Below, in pieces: positions 28,052 to 42,959 of a DNA stretch of 64,000 nucleotides (position 1 is its first letter; the number at the start of each line of letters is the position of its first letter). The DNA is from Octopus vulgaris. Taxonomy: Eukaryota. Both the position numbers and the translations under genes were made by a program. The notes under the pieces are model-generated. The model was not told where the DNA came from and did not search any database. It worked only from the letters and a program-made list of their open reading frames with translations. The DNA is taken from the NCBI GenBank assembly GCA_951406725.2, contig OX597830.1, positions 50,468,001-50,532,000 on the forward strand, read 5' to 3'.

Positions 28052-29348
28052 CATTTTCTATCTCACTATCTTGCCTTTACATCTCTCCTTTATAGTGTAT
28101 TTTTTTTCGTTCAAATTTCTTTTCTATCGTATCTTCTCTCCACTTTCTCACTCTCTCACTTCCCTTCCACTTAGCCTCTCATTTTGTTTTGAATATATTT
28201 ACTGAACATCATAGAATAAAAAATGACATATTTCACACTAATAAAACTTATCTTAAATATACACAAGGAGCCAATAAATAAACGAAACAAATATATACAT
28301 ATATATATATACATATATATAAATATATAAGCAGAAAACAACTCACACGCACTACAACACACACAGACACACGCCACACACACACACACATTCACACACA
28401 CACACATACACACACATTCACACACACACACATACGCATAAATCTATATAAAAGCAGGAAAAAACATCAGAAAATATGTTGGAAACGAGTTTTATCGTCG
28501 TTCAACTGTAAGACAAATATTTGGTTTCTTATAAGTTTTTCGTTTCATGTAAGACATTTTAGTTCGACATGACAGTCAATTGAACAACAACAGCAGCAGC
28601 AGCAGCAGCAACAACAACAATAACAACAACATAAGCAACTAAAATAACAGTATCGACATCAATAATATCACAACCAACATCAACAACCACAACAACAAAA
28701 GCGACAGTTTTTAGAAGTGATCGTTCTCTGCCGTTGTGTTTGTTTAGCGAGTGGTATAACAGTATTTCTGTGAGATCGGTATCGCAGGGTTCTGAGTTCA
28801 AACCGAACAGCGTGTGATCTGTCAAATAAACGAAGGTAATGCACTTGGGAGCTTTTCTGTTGTACAGTACAGGATTTCATGAAGGAGCATCGGCCTGGTC
28901 TCCCAGCCCCCTAAAGTGTCTTCGGAGTATATTTTGAATAATGTAGTCTTAGATGCACTATGAATGAATAAAAGATGGCGTAGTCACCGCTGAAATCGTT
29001 TTGATAAGAGGCCTGCTTAGTTACGGTTGACCTGGGGTTAAAAAACAACCAGGGAGAATAAATTACATAACGTAATTTGAAGATAAATAATCTGAAAAAA
29101 AATGGAATGGTCACGGATGGAACATTTTAAACCATAGATCTGCAGGATAAGAAGTAACTTGGAACTAAATAACAAGGAGGGACTCGATAACATTGCTTCA
29201 GATATTGCTTCTGAAAGAAAAGAACAAAATGTATGTCCCTAGTCACGTGATGGATAAACGCTCATTCGAGACTGAACAAGAGCAACAACGACAAATCAAT
29301 GACAATCAGAGCATCATTATATATACTACCATTGTTCCTTACAATAAA

Positions 29349-30180
29349 GCAGCGAGTTGGCAGAGCCGTTAACAGGCAGGGCAAAATGCTTATTTGTTTA
29401 TTGCCCACAAGGGGCTAAACATACAGGGGACAAACAAAGGGGCTAAGTCGATTACATTGACCCCAGTGAGTAACTGGTACTTATTTAATTGACACCGAAA
29501 GGATGAAAGGCAAAGTCGACCTCGGCGGAATTTGAACTCAGAACGTAGCGGCAGACGAAATACCTATTTCTTTACTACCCACAAGGGGCTAAACACAGAG
29601 AGGACAAACAAGAACAGACAAACGGATTAAGTCTATTATATCGACCCTAGTGCGTAACTGGTACTTAATTTATCGACCCCGAAAGGATGAAAGGCAAAGT
29701 CGACCTCGGCGGAATTTGAGCTCAGAACGTAGCGGCAGACGAAATACCGGTAAGCATTTCGCCTGGCGTGCTAACTTTTCTTATTTCTTTATTTCCCACA
29801 AGGGGCTAAACATAGAGGGGACAAAAAAGGACAGCCAAAGGGATTAAGTCGATTACATCGACTCCAGTGCGTAACTGGTACTTATTTTATGAACCCCGAA
29901 AGGATGAAAGGCGGAATTTGAACTCAGAACGTAGCGGCAGACAAAATGCCGCTAAGCATTTTTCCCGGCTGCTAACGATTCTGCCAGTTAGCGGCATTTA
30001 GTTTGTTTATTCATTTTAAGTTCAATATCCGCCGAGATGTATTGAATATATGTGTAGTTGTGCACATATACATGTGTATATGTATATATACACGTATGTT
30101 TCACTGTTTCAATATCAATAAAATAAGTACCAGTTGAGTACTGGTGTCGATATTGCAGGCCCTGTGCTGAAATTTGGCAC
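29349..30180. mobile_element. Three minus-strand family A units (about 29390-29988) nested in an older plus-strand family A copy
   Basis: Plus-strand head 29349-29392 resumes as GCGGCATTT...AAGTTCAATATCCGCCGAG near 29991; internal junction GAAATAC|CTATTTCTTT near 29563. Confidence 0.8.
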
Positions 30181-30833
30181 CGTTATTGTTCCGTATACAA
30201 TGTGATAGTGTATCTATACGAGGAGAAAGTATTACAACACTGCAAAAGTCTTTGGAGTGGTGAAATAAGTAAAGCTAGTAGTGGTAATGGTGGTGGTGGT
30301 GATGGACGTGAATAATATGACACATTCTTAAAGAAAAAATATTACCGCCACGGAGGGAAGGTCTTTTTTTTTTAACAGCAAGATCTCATATGCATCGAAG
30401 TAATAACATGAATTGTCAGTACATATCTATTTAACCTTGTAGATATAACAGCTGAATTTCTATCGAAATTACACGTTATTACCTCAAATAAGAATGTACA
30501 ACGTATTCCTAGTGGCTATTGCTGGAGCGTATCGGATCATAGACCTGCTCAAAAGAGGTCGGCCTGGTAGCAATAAACAACCACCACCACAACAACAACA
30601 ACAAAAGCGGCCGCAACAACAACAACTACAGTATAATCACGATAGAAGCAATAAGAACAACAATAAAGATAATAACGAGTGAAGTTATCTTGTATAGGAG
30701 AGTCGATGACCAAATCGAATTTGCGTTAAAATATGATACACAATCTCTTACCAATGTTAAATACCCAGCGTCTATATATGGAACACACACACACACACAC
30801 ACACACATCTGTCTACATCTCTCTCTCTCTCTA

Positions 30834-30877
<44 letters not shown>

Positions 30878-31598
30878 AACATATGTATGTATATTCCATG
30901 TATGAGTGTTGTATGTGTGCATGCATATATATACTTATATATATATATATGGAATATATGCGTAGTTGTGCACATATACACGTGTATGTGTATATATATA
31001 TACGTATGTTTTAAAACACTCAGACATACATATGCACACACAAGCACACACATATACAGACACACACACATGCACACACGCACCGCACCGCACGTACGCA
31101 TGCTCACAATATTACACACATATAATTGACGGAATTTTTAGTATAGAAATGTGATTTGCAAGTTTCACAAGGAATTTGCTGGCAAAAACTGAATTAAACA
31201 GGAAAAGCCAGGAGAGTGGCTTCTTTTCAACTAATGACATTCCTTTAGTGGCTGTATCCAATTCCATTGTAGGAAAAGTTGGTTGTAAAACGATTCTTGA
31301 CTGATTTTTGATATTCTTTTATGTTAGATTGTTCTGTATTGTGTTAAGTTGTGTTAGACAGAGTGTTGAGACGACCGAGAAACTGGAGAGTGCGGATAAG
31401 GGGAGAGAATGGGTGCTGAGAGTAGTGACACATGATTAAAGAGAGAGGTGAGGGAGAGAAGTTGAGATCGTTAGACAGTGAGTAGAGGAGGGCAGAAAAA
31501 AGAAAAAAAGAGGGGCAGACAAAGAATCAAAGTTGAGTGCCTGCACTCAGACAGAGACTGCGGAGAGAGAAGGATGGTGAAATATATACATACATACC

Positions 31599-31671
<73 letters not shown>

Positions 31672-31836
31672 TAAAAGGAAGAGAGGCTGAAGAATGCATA
31701 CAGTGAGTCAAGTGTGAAAATGAAAAATAAGAGAGATAAAAGGCTGAGAAAGTGAAAATAATTTGAGTTGACAAAAGGAGTTGAGTAAGACAGAACCAAT
31801 GCTGAATGAATGACATACAGTCAGTCAATCAGTCAG

Positions 31837-32112
<276 letters not shown>

Positions 32113-33220
32113 GCGCTTTCCTGCAGCTCGTCTCCATGACCGAACTACGCTCTTAGATCAAAAAGAGGCCGAAGAAGGGCGAATGTGACCGCGAGTGTCG
32201 CATTGCTCTCAAGCAAGTATGCCGTTCCGGGTCGACTTTGAGCGACTTCAACACAATCAAAGCATTCTATAGGGGATTAGTGAAGGAGAGGTACGACTAC
32301 GATCTCAGGGCGAACCTGAGCGTCGACGAGAAATACCTCACCCGCCTGTTCAAGACGACTTTCGGGCCGGGACCTATGGACAACTTCCAGAGATCCCTGG
32401 CCTGGCAGTGCTATCGAGAAGCGCTACCCGTTCGGGATAAGCTCTACAGGCATGGCTCAAGAAACACGGGGCCGACCTGTCCGAGATGCGGTCAGAGCAA
32501 CGAAACAGTTCTGCACGCACTCGTACAGTGTCCAACTATTTCCGGCCTGTGGGCCTATGTCGAACGACTGCTATCGCGTGTGGGGCGCGTCAGTTTATCA
32601 ACCGAGTCTATCGTGAATATTGTCGCGTCTCCTTCCTTGAAACGAGAAGGAAGAGCCATTTTCATCATACTTGTGGCTATGGTGAAAGAATGTGTATGGT
32701 AGACGCGTCTGAAAGGTCTAGAGACAAACACTTTCCTCTCTGGTGAATCTCTCATCAACTTCTTCAAGTATCACTTGAAGAGGAAGGTGAGACTAGAGAG
32801 GGAAGTTTTGTCTAGTGAATGTTTTAAAAAAAGATGGGTGAATGTAGCAAGGATGGCACGTGGGAATGACGGAGCCAGCTTGAGCATAATCCTATCAACC
32901 AAAAAAAGAAAGGAAAAAAGAGAGCTACTTACTGTAATGTGTTTTCTTGCATGACACTATTGCCCGAGGGCCCCGTGGTCTTTTCCGTAGGCTTTTCTTT
33001 CCACAGATAAACCTAATCTGTTTCCCTTTTTACATTGACATTTCTGTGATACACGATCACTAATGATCAGCCCCACTTTTTTTCTCACGGTCCCTTTTGA
33101 TCGGAATTCGATCCACTTTTTTCTTTTCTTTTTTTTCTTCGCTTCTCCCCCCCGCCACCAAAGCTCTTCTTTGTATTTTGTCCCCTCTGTATTCAACCCT
33201 GTGTGGCCAATAAAGAAACA
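32113..33220 (+). mobile_element. Tx1/L1-group LINE, 5'-truncated ORF2 C-terminus (zf-RVT-like CCHC) plus 3'UTR
   Basis: LAWQCYREALPVRDKLYRHG...TCPRCGQSNETVLHALVQCP...LW; in-frame TAG at 32700-32702 then TRLKGLE...FKKRWV; AATAAA near 33209; flanked on both sides by (TATC)n. Confidence 0.9.
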
Positions 33221-33286
<66 letters not shown>

Positions 33287-33451
33287 CATGGACTTCGAAG
33301 TCAGTCAACTTTTATTATTCTACAAGACAGTGCTGCGTAAATCCTGAACTTAATTCTAAATTAGTTTTACGTATAACTTAACATAGAAATAAACATTTTG
33401 ATACGTGTGCCTACATATATTAGTATATTATTATTATCTATAATACGACCC

Positions 33452-33655
33452 GGCGAGCTGAGAAAATCCTTAGTACGCCGACCAAAATGCTTAACGGCAT
33501 CTTCTTTGCCCTTACGTTCTATGTTCACATCCCGCTGCGGTTGATTTTGCCTTTTATTCTTTCAGGGTCGATAAAATAGGTGTCACTTGAAGACTATGGT
33601 CGTAATCAAATGAACCCCTTCACCAAAACTACTGGCTTTGTGCCGAAATTTGAAA
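33452..33655 (+). mobile_element. Old diverged SINE family A-related copy
   Basis: GGCGAGCTG...AAATGCTTAACGGCAT...TTTTGCCTTTTATTCTTTCAGGGTCGATAAAATA. Confidence 0.7.
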
Positions 33656-33794
33656 TGATTCTTATGAATAATTCGGAGTGACTGAAGGGCCCGATATTTC
33701 GTGCATTGGTACTTATCAAGCTAGTTTCATAAGAGCCACTGCACGAACACTTTAGTCACTCTGTAACGTCTGCCGATTATCCATAATAAATGCA

Positions 33795-33875
<81 letters not shown>

Positions 33876-33904
33876 GTCTGTCTATCTGTCTGTCTGTCTG
33901 TCTT

Positions 33905-33949
<45 letters not shown>

Positions 33950-34039
33950 TTGTCTGTCTCTCTCTATATATATATATACACACATACACACATATACATG
34001 TATACATACACGCACGTATATATATATATATATATATAT

Positions 34040-34090
<51 letters not shown>

Positions 34091-35573
34091 TGCATAAACA
34101 TATAGATATAAATATATATACATATATATATATAAATAGTTCATGTATATATATACTTATGTGTATGTATATATACACACACTTATACATACATATATAT
34201 GCACATAATACATATGTGTGTGTGTGTATACATATGTGCGTGTGTGTGCGAGAGAGAGAGAGAGTTTAGTGATACAAGCAGGAAAACATGGTGTATTTAC
34301 TGATAGGATAGAAAATCGGTGTACCATTGAAACCGAATCTCTGGCAATCTACAGTCTTGAAGTGGAACGTTGAAGGAAACGCAAAGTTCATTGGTGCAGA
34401 GACTTCATGTAGTTCATTAATAAAGACTGTGTGTAAGTCATATGAAGCGTAACGTGTAATGCAATGAGGACATTATCTAAAGGGCAACGTTGTTGGTGAC
34501 AGCAGCATGAAAGATCAAGAGAAGCTGCGAGCGATTACAACATATACATCTTGTGTATAGAATAAAGGTTGTTATTCACCATGGGTAAATATTTGAGGGT
34601 CGTGTCTGCAATGCGCAATTACACAAGGCGTGTAATTTCTCTAGTTTTGAAACATCCGGATAAAACGAAATAGAGAGGTTGAAATTCCCCTGTTCCCTGA
34701 CGTGCAGTTATGTACATGCTAAGTTAAAATTCTTTTGAAGCTTTTAATTGCATGTCCCGCGTATATCCTCAGAATAGGATAAGATAGGAGAGAATCATTT
34801 GGTAAGCCACTGTCCTAAAAATATTGATCACCCTCATTAAATAGCCATATTAATTTAGGCAGTTGCAGGTTTGTGTTTGAAATAAAGGCTTCATAGATGT
34901 CAAGGCAAATGTCAAGGTAAAAGCAACTAATTTTAACGTTATGTGTATTAAGATAGTTGCTGTATTTATGTGTGTTTGGAAGTGTTTCTAATTCTGGATA
35001 ACAACCAAGGTAAGTTCTTAGAAACATCTAGAAAAATATCAGAAGAAACAAAACATTTTTCTATTCCTAATTCTCTTCGGAGGTGGTACTTAGGAATCTG
35101 CTGTATAAAGTGACTTCTCATTAAATACAAGCCCCAACAATGTCTTCTAATGCAGTACAATAATTTCCAGTCTATTTCTACATGACGATAACATGGAGAG
35201 CCGTTTAGAGATTCCATCTATCAAGTTTCTAATTATAGCTAGTGGGGTGGAATTCTACAATACTCGCCTCAGGGTTTCTATAAGGACGGCAATTGTTTCA
35301 CTTACAGTCTAAATTAAAGCACAAAACGTTGAACGTGGTTTGAAGTATAACGAAGCAGAGATTGTGGACTTCGTTGGATTAATTATTCTGAAATGCGTCA
35401 AGAAATGCACATTCCCCTCGCAGCTCAGGTTTCTACAGAGACGATGGCTCCTCAATTTCAAGTAAATTGAAGGTTACACCATGGATAGATTTCGGGAAAT
35501 TTTAATAAGATTTTTCAAGTTAGCTTTAACATCACTGTCATTTCATACTCTCGTACAGACAAACATTCATATA

Positions 35574-35614
<41 letters not shown>

Positions 35615-35850
35615 TATGTGTGTGTGTGTGTGTCCACATATACACATATACATATATACAAATAATGTGTAAATGCATGCATACATATGTGTGTATATAT
35701 ATGTATATATATGTGTGTTTGTGTGTGTATGTACTAATACCGTTAATGTGCATATGTATTTACATATGTATGCATATACGCACACGTATATACACACATA
35801 TACATGCATACACACTTACAAGTATGCAGTATGCAGGCATGTATGAGAGT

Positions 35851-36066
35851 ATACATACATACACACATACATACATGCATGCATACATACATACATACAT
35901 ACACACATACATGCATGCATGTATGCATACATACATACATACATACATACATACATACATACATACATACATACATTCATACATATACACATACATACAT
36001 ACATACATACATACATACATACATACATACATACATACATACATACATACATACATACATACATAC
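35851..36066. repeat. (CATA)n microsatellite
   Basis: Direct inspection. Confidence 0.95.
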
Positions 36067-36543
36067 ACACTAACACACGCCTACGTTCTGAGTGCAAAGA
36101 GTCTCACTCCATCCTCACCATGGTAACGGAAGTATGTTATTTACTAACAAAGTGCTTCCTAACCGTTTGCCAAATTTTCTTTTACTTATGTAGTCTTACA
36201 ACACTGGAATCGGGTTTACCAAACACTCAGCAGACTTAGTAATTGGAAGCTTGCAGTGCAGTCTCTGCAATTCCGATAGTCAAGAAGATCTGAAGAATGG
36301 TTATTGGTTTTATATCTCTCTGCCTCTCGTATAGATGTTGTAATGTTGTTTGGTTTCATAAACTTATCTCTTTATCTATCTCACTCCTTACTCCCTCTCC
36401 CTTCCTCACTCTCCCTTTTTCCCTCTTCCTTCCTCCCTCTCTCTTCCTCCCTCTCCCTCTCCCTCTCTCTCTGTTCTTCCCCCACTTTCTCATACACAGG
36501 CAAGGAAATATTCACTCATACACTCAGTATCTCTCCCTACCTT

Positions 36544-36593
<50 letters not shown>

Positions 36594-36766
36594 AGACACA
36601 CAGATGTGATATCGCAAGAAAATGTGTGAGTCGGAAAGAGGGAGCGATGGCTTGTTATACATTAACAATAGTTTGTACGTCTACTTATATTTTGAACCAG
36701 GAAATGATAATGTAGAATAGATAGATAGACAGACAGATAGGTAGGTAGGTAGGTAGAGAGAGAGAC

Positions 36767-36799
<33 letters not shown>

Positions 36800-37700
36800 A
36801 AAGTAAATAGATAGATAGACAGACAGACAGACGGATAGATAAAAAGTAAAGGGAGGTTCCACCATTTATGATTCAGCGTGAGATCATCGATGTAGATTAG
36901 AAGGAGCGTTTGTGTGCCTACGTTTGTTTAGTGTGGTTTGCTTTTATGTTTGAAGGAGTGGGCGATGGTGTTGCGGTTTCAAATACGCTGTAGAAAAAAG
37001 TGATTTCTGATAAATCAATGATTAAAGATGTTCTAGTATAATGGGTTGGCGATTATACGCACCTCAGTACATTACTGGCACTTGATAGTTACTCGAACCC
37101 AGAACAATAAACAAATGGATTCATGGCATAAAGAGAGATGATACCGTAATTTATTGTGACACGCAATGGTCTCTCTTACTGCGTTGGATAAATATGGTGG
37201 CCATGTTGGAACAACATAGGGAAACAATATAAAATATCCAGAGCATATTAGGAGAGCCAGAGACTCATACACACACTTGAGCGCGTGCGCACACAGACGC
37301 TAGACACACAAATGTGATAAGATAGTGAGTTGAAAAACTTCATTTAACTAAGGTTATCGTTGCAATTAAAATAAAAAAATACCCACTAATTAGAGGTGAT
37401 TAAGGTCTATACACACAAGAAGCAAGGGGAATAAACTCAATATTACAAGTGCCCTCGAAACGCAGAAAAGAAATGCAAAGCATTCAGGAGTGTTACAATA
37501 AGCTGATGGAATCAACAGGTTCCTATCTCGTAGATCTCATCAGCGGAGCATATTTCCCTGAGCGGTTAAGATGGAAAATTGAAAAGTCGATACTTCGATG
37601 TCACTACAAACTTTTCCTGCCCAAATCAAATTAAACATACACTCTACCGAGAAGTATTGCGTAAACCTTCACTTTAATAGTTAATTGATTTTATATATAA

Positions 37701-38081
37701 CTAGCAGTATCGTCCGGCGTTGCTCGGGTTTGTAAGGGAAATAACTATATAATCATTTTTAGAGATGTAAAGTATAATAACCATCTCAATATGGCTAACT
37801 ACAAAGGGGGGTGTTACTGTAGCTTTTTACGTTCTGAGATTTAATAATACATTTTTAGAGAGTTACTTCCCTTATAAATGCCAAAAAAGCATTAAAAATG
37901 GGAAAAAATGATGGTAAATTTTTTTTTTAATCGTAGACACATCGTACCCAGAAGGGCTCGATATGAATCACGACTATAAGATACCCGCTTTTGGTTAAAC
38001 TGCACCGCAAAATGTGGGAGTAGTTAGGAATCTAAATCGTAGGAGACCGACACCACACAACCTCACTTTTATATATATAGA
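37701..38081 (-). mobile_element. Non-autonomous Helitron
   Basis: Minus strand begins TCTATATATATAAAAG and ends with hairpin CCCGAGCAACGCCGGA then CGATACTG-CTAG; inserted between A and T with no TSD. Confidence 0.85.
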
Positions 38082-38137
38082 TTTGACATAAAAACGAGCG
38101 ACACACACAAGCATCGACACATACATACACATACGTC

Positions 38138-38181
<44 letters not shown>

Positions 38182-38238
38182 CATATATATATATTTGTAT
38201 ATATATATATATATATTATGCGTATATATATATGTATG

Positions 38239-38282
<44 letters not shown>

Positions 38283-38287
<5 letters not shown>

Positions 38288-38569
38288 GTAAATGTAATAT
38301 GTGACAATTATTCGGTAGCCATGATAAAACTCCGATTTTCGGATGCCGAGGTGGAGGTTCACGCCACCATCTCTTCAGTTATCTGGCCATCGGGAAAAAA
38401 TAGCCGGATAACTGAAGAGATGGCGGCGTTGATTTCCACCTCGGCATCCGAAACTCGGAGTTTTATCGTGGCTGTAGAATAATTGTCACATATTACATTT
38501 ACAGATAAATTCCTCTATTTACGTAATATCGAGGTCTCTTTCATTCTTTTGTTGTCTTACCGTTTTTAT

Positions 38570-38571
<2 letters not shown>
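38283..38571. mobile_element. Fold-back element in (TA)n with inverted HHR pair (38323-38383 minus, 38407-38467 plus)
   Basis: Imperfect palindrome 38283-38507 with short spacer; plus-strand GATAA-CTGAAGA-GATG...CATCC-GAAA-CTCGGAG-TT-TTATC. Confidence 0.75.
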
Positions 38572-38626
<55 letters not shown>

Positions 38627-38794
38627 ATAAAAACATATGCATATATATAAACATATATGTACGTACCTACCTCTACATGTATATATACACGCATATATGA
38701 GTACAGGACACCCAAAAAAACCGTCGAACACAATGAGAAACGAAAACATAGACACAAACCCAAGGAACTGGACATTTTTTTAAACAACAAAATA

Positions 38795-38837
<43 letters not shown>

Positions 38838-38937
38838 GTATTTATATATATATGTATATATATATATACCTGTATATGTATATATATAAATATCTATATA
38901 TATATACATACATGCGTACACACACAGACACATATTT

Positions 38938-38978
<41 letters not shown>

Positions 38979-38981
38979 CAT

Positions 38982-39032
<51 letters not shown>

Positions 39033-39721
39033 AACGTGTGTCTAACAGAGAGAAAGTGGGAATGAGAGCGGGAGAGGGGGAATGAGAGAGAGAGAAACGG
39101 ATAGAGAGAGAAATAGTGAGAGAGTGACCGACCGTAAGTGTTTTCAATACACGGAGCACTTAATGCGCAAAACTGAAGAAGAAGTGATATGTTCATGTGT
39201 TCTGTTCTTGTTGATGTTGAAGTGTCTTTAATAGTGACCAGATGAGAAATCACCATCTGCTACTCTGGCAAATTGGTCACCAGTAAGTAACTCTTAGAAA
39301 ATCTCTTGATTCCAATTATCTTGGACTTTTTACATTCACAACAAAATACGTTTCGCTAATGGTTTTCACACTATCATTAATTCTGTACTTAGTGCGGTTT
39401 TTTTTTTTTTTTTTGATAAAATGAATATATGTGTGTGCACATAAATTCATCCATCCATCCATACATACATACATGCATACATACATATGTACATACACAC
39501 GTACTTCCATGCATGTATGCATACATACAAACATTCATACATACATGCATACAGACGTAAAAATATGTATGTATCTACGAATATGTACATCTAACTATAA
39601 CATACTTATCTAACTTTAAACCGTTTGCATTTTGACCAATGCATTAGTTTGTCTCTGTTCCATTTTATTTTTGTCTCCCCCACACATACACACTCACACA
39701 CAGGAATGTATGTGAGTGTGA

Positions 39722-39760
<39 letters not shown>

Positions 39761-39866
39761 CCTATATATATATATATATGTGGATGTCTATATACACATA
39801 TGATTCTCAATGACACCATTACCTCTTATATACATATACATATATACATGTATATGCATAAATATA

Positions 39867-39954
<88 letters not shown>

Positions 39955-40610
39955 AAGAGAGAGAGCGAGAGAGAGAGAGAGAGAGAGAGTTAGAGAAATA
40001 TGTAAACACATATGTGTGTGTATCCATTTGTTATTTTACAAACGCATTCATATATACACATACATGCCTCGTTGTATATGCGCACCCACCAGCGCATGTG
40101 CATTCATCTATGTATATATATACATTTACATACGCCCATATTTGTATTCTCAATATATCGGCGCGAACGTATAATAGAATTTTCTGGTCCATTCTCTTCA
40201 ATTTAGTTTTGAAGTTTGTTAATGGTAAACCCTTGTAATAGATTTTGATTCATGTGTAAAACAGGGTTTCTCTTCCGATTTATGTACACACTCATATACA
40301 AACACACGCACACATGCGCACACACACATACACCAAATGTTTTATTGCTATACCACACAGCCCACCGTATTGCCATGCGGTGTGATTGTGTGAACATACT
40401 TTCCTCTAATCACATAAATAACGGTTTGTGAAAGGAACGTCTTGCAAAGTTCTCTTCCCTAATGTTGAAGAATCGCTACAGACCACGACTAAATGCATTT
40501 ACGTGTTTACTTCTAAACATCTGAGATGAGATTACACCGGGTCGAATTTTAGTTCATTACTTGGTCGGTAAAATAAGTTCTTGTTTTCCATACACACGTC
40601 AATACTGCTC

Positions 40611-40790
40611 CACTGGTGCCAAGCTGTATCGGCCTTTGCCTTTTCCTTGGATAACATCGGTGAAGTGGAGAGTGGAGGTTGGTGTGCATGGGTGAATGCC
40701 GGTTTTCTCTAAACAGCTTTGCCCGGACTTATGCCTGGGAGGGTAACTTTCCAGGTGCAATGCCATGGTCATTCAGGACTGAGGGGTGTC
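40611..40790 (+). mobile_element. SINE family C, 3' part
   Basis: CACTGGTGCCAAGCTGTATCGG...GGGTAACTTTCCAGGTGCAAT matches the reverse complement of 1102-1372. Confidence 0.8.
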
Positions 40791-40858
40791 CCTTACATGC
40801 ATATGTATATGTATGGCAGCAGCCATACATTACATATTTCCATACATACATACATACA

Positions 40859-40894
<36 letters not shown>

Positions 40895-40897
40895 TGT

Positions 40898-41187
40898 GGG
40901 GACGCAATAGCCTAGTGGTTAGGGCAGTGGACTCGCAGTCGGAGGATCGCGGTTTCGATTCTCAGACCGGGCGTTTTGTGTGTTTATTGAGCGAAAGCAT
41001 CTAAAGCTCCACGAGGCTCCGGCAGGGGGTGGTGGCGACCCCTGCTGTACTCTTTCGCCCCAACTTTCTCTCACTTTTTCTTCCTGTTTCTTGAGTAACG
41101 CTGCGATTGATTGGAGTGGGGAACACATACGCCATATAAACCGGGAAACCGGGTCTATGAGCCTGGCTAGGCTTGAAAAGGACGCAT
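40898..41187 (+). mobile_element. tRNA-derived SINE family D
   Basis: A-box TAGCCTAGTGG, B-box GTTTCGATTC; tail AAACCGGGAAACCGGG...GGCTAGGCTT; homologous to 53690-53955. Confidence 0.85.
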
Positions 41188-41455
41188 ATATATATATATA
41201 TATATATATATGTTTATACATAACAAGAAAGGGGATTAAAACATCCAGGCAGGTATCAATAAAGCACTTAGTTTAAGAAGAATTTGTTTAACAATATCCA
41301 ACTAGACACAAGTAAATCTAAGTAGAATACACATCGAAGGTAAATTCTCATGTATGACAAGTAAATCGAAATATAAGGATATAATTATATTCTCAAACGC
41401 AGGATAATGTTAATAATATAGCACAAACAGGATAAACTATCCGAATTTGTCGTTG

Positions 41456-41529
41456 GGTCTGTTTAGCTTAATGGTAAAGCTCTTCACGCATAATCACAAG
41501 GATGTGTGTTAAAGTCTCATGGCAGGCCG
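41456..41529 (+). pseudogene. tRNA-Met-like pseudogene (anticodon CAT)
   Basis: 7-bp acceptor stem GGTCTGT/GCAGGCC (with G-U pairs), D-arm TAGCTTAATGGTAAAGC, CAT at positions 34-36; anticodon and T arms are decayed. Confidence 0.5.
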
Positions 41530-41842
41530 CCGACAAACTTTTTCGGTGGTACTAGCATCTTTAGGCGTCTAGTTTTCTAGCGCGTGGAGAGACTCATAGC
41601 CAATCACTTGTTATAATTATGTATATAATTATTAAAATATTTGTAAAATTTACCTGTAAGGTTTTTATTTCTGCGCTGACCCCTTGGTAAAATCATTAAT
41701 GAGTTTTACCCTTTATTATAATTAATAGATAGATATAATTATAATTAGTAGATACAATACGATAAATTTATATTATTTAATCTCAACCGAAGCAAGGCTC
41801 GATAACCTCACATACATACGTATATATATCTACACACATATA

Positions 41843-41924
<82 letters not shown>

Positions 41925-42883
41925 CACATACATATATACACACATATATACATGCAGACATATATATGTACACACACACGCACACATATATGAATAATAA
42001 AAGAGAGAGGGAGAGGTTGAGTGTAAGACAGAGACAGAGACAGAGAATGTATAGCAATCTATAGAGTTCGAAGTTAAAATGGATGTCCACTTGGGGTAGT
42101 GATGAAAGAGACAGAAGACAAGAAGATTTAAGAACTAATAATAAATAAGAAAAGGTACTGAGTTTCCCAAGAAGACAAATAATGATGATGATAATTATGA
42201 TGACTATGAAGAAGAAAGATAAAAATTATAGTAAGAAGAAGTGTGATGGTAATAAATTAAAAGTAATAATAATTATGATGACGATGATGACGAGGAGGAG
42301 GAGGAGGGGGAGGGGGAGGAGAAGGAGGCGGCGGAAGTTGATGGGGATGATAATTACAAGGAGAACAAAGAAAGAATCTAAAAAAGTGCATTGTTGATTT
42401 GGGTTATTTATGGTCGATGTGGTGGGTATGGGAAAAGGGAAATGCTTGATGGGAACATCAAATAAATGTCAACAAATGAAACTAGAGGATTAAAGAAGGA
42501 AGAACAACAGTATGGCTGTCGATATTTCTGGTTTATCAGTTAGTGTCAGGTGAGGGAGAGAGAGAAAGAGAGATAGATAGAGACACACAGAGAGAGAGAG
42601 AGAAAGAGAAAAAGAGATAGAGAGGGGAGGAGAGAAAGAGAGAGCTGGTGAGTCACAAGGGAGCGAGAGAGAGAGAGACGGTGGTGGAGAGTGTGAGGGT
42701 GAGGTGAAAGAAGAAACATAGTAAAAATGGTCATCAGAGGTTTCAGGCTGCTGCCCAGCGGAGGTATTTACTATTAGAACTACTGCCTGACCAACAACGG
42801 TTATCATGACAACTAGTGCTATTATCACTGATATCACCATTGCTACTACCACCGCATAAAACACCACTACTTAATATATATAC

Positions 42884-42924
<41 letters not shown>

Positions 42925-42959
42925 ACAGTGCACGTACGCCGCAATATGTTTTATATATA

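Noticed and set aside
34270-35530. Possible highly decayed CR1/L2-type LINE (GLRWINYSE...LRFLQRR)
   Set aside because: Similarity is too weak to support without a profile search.
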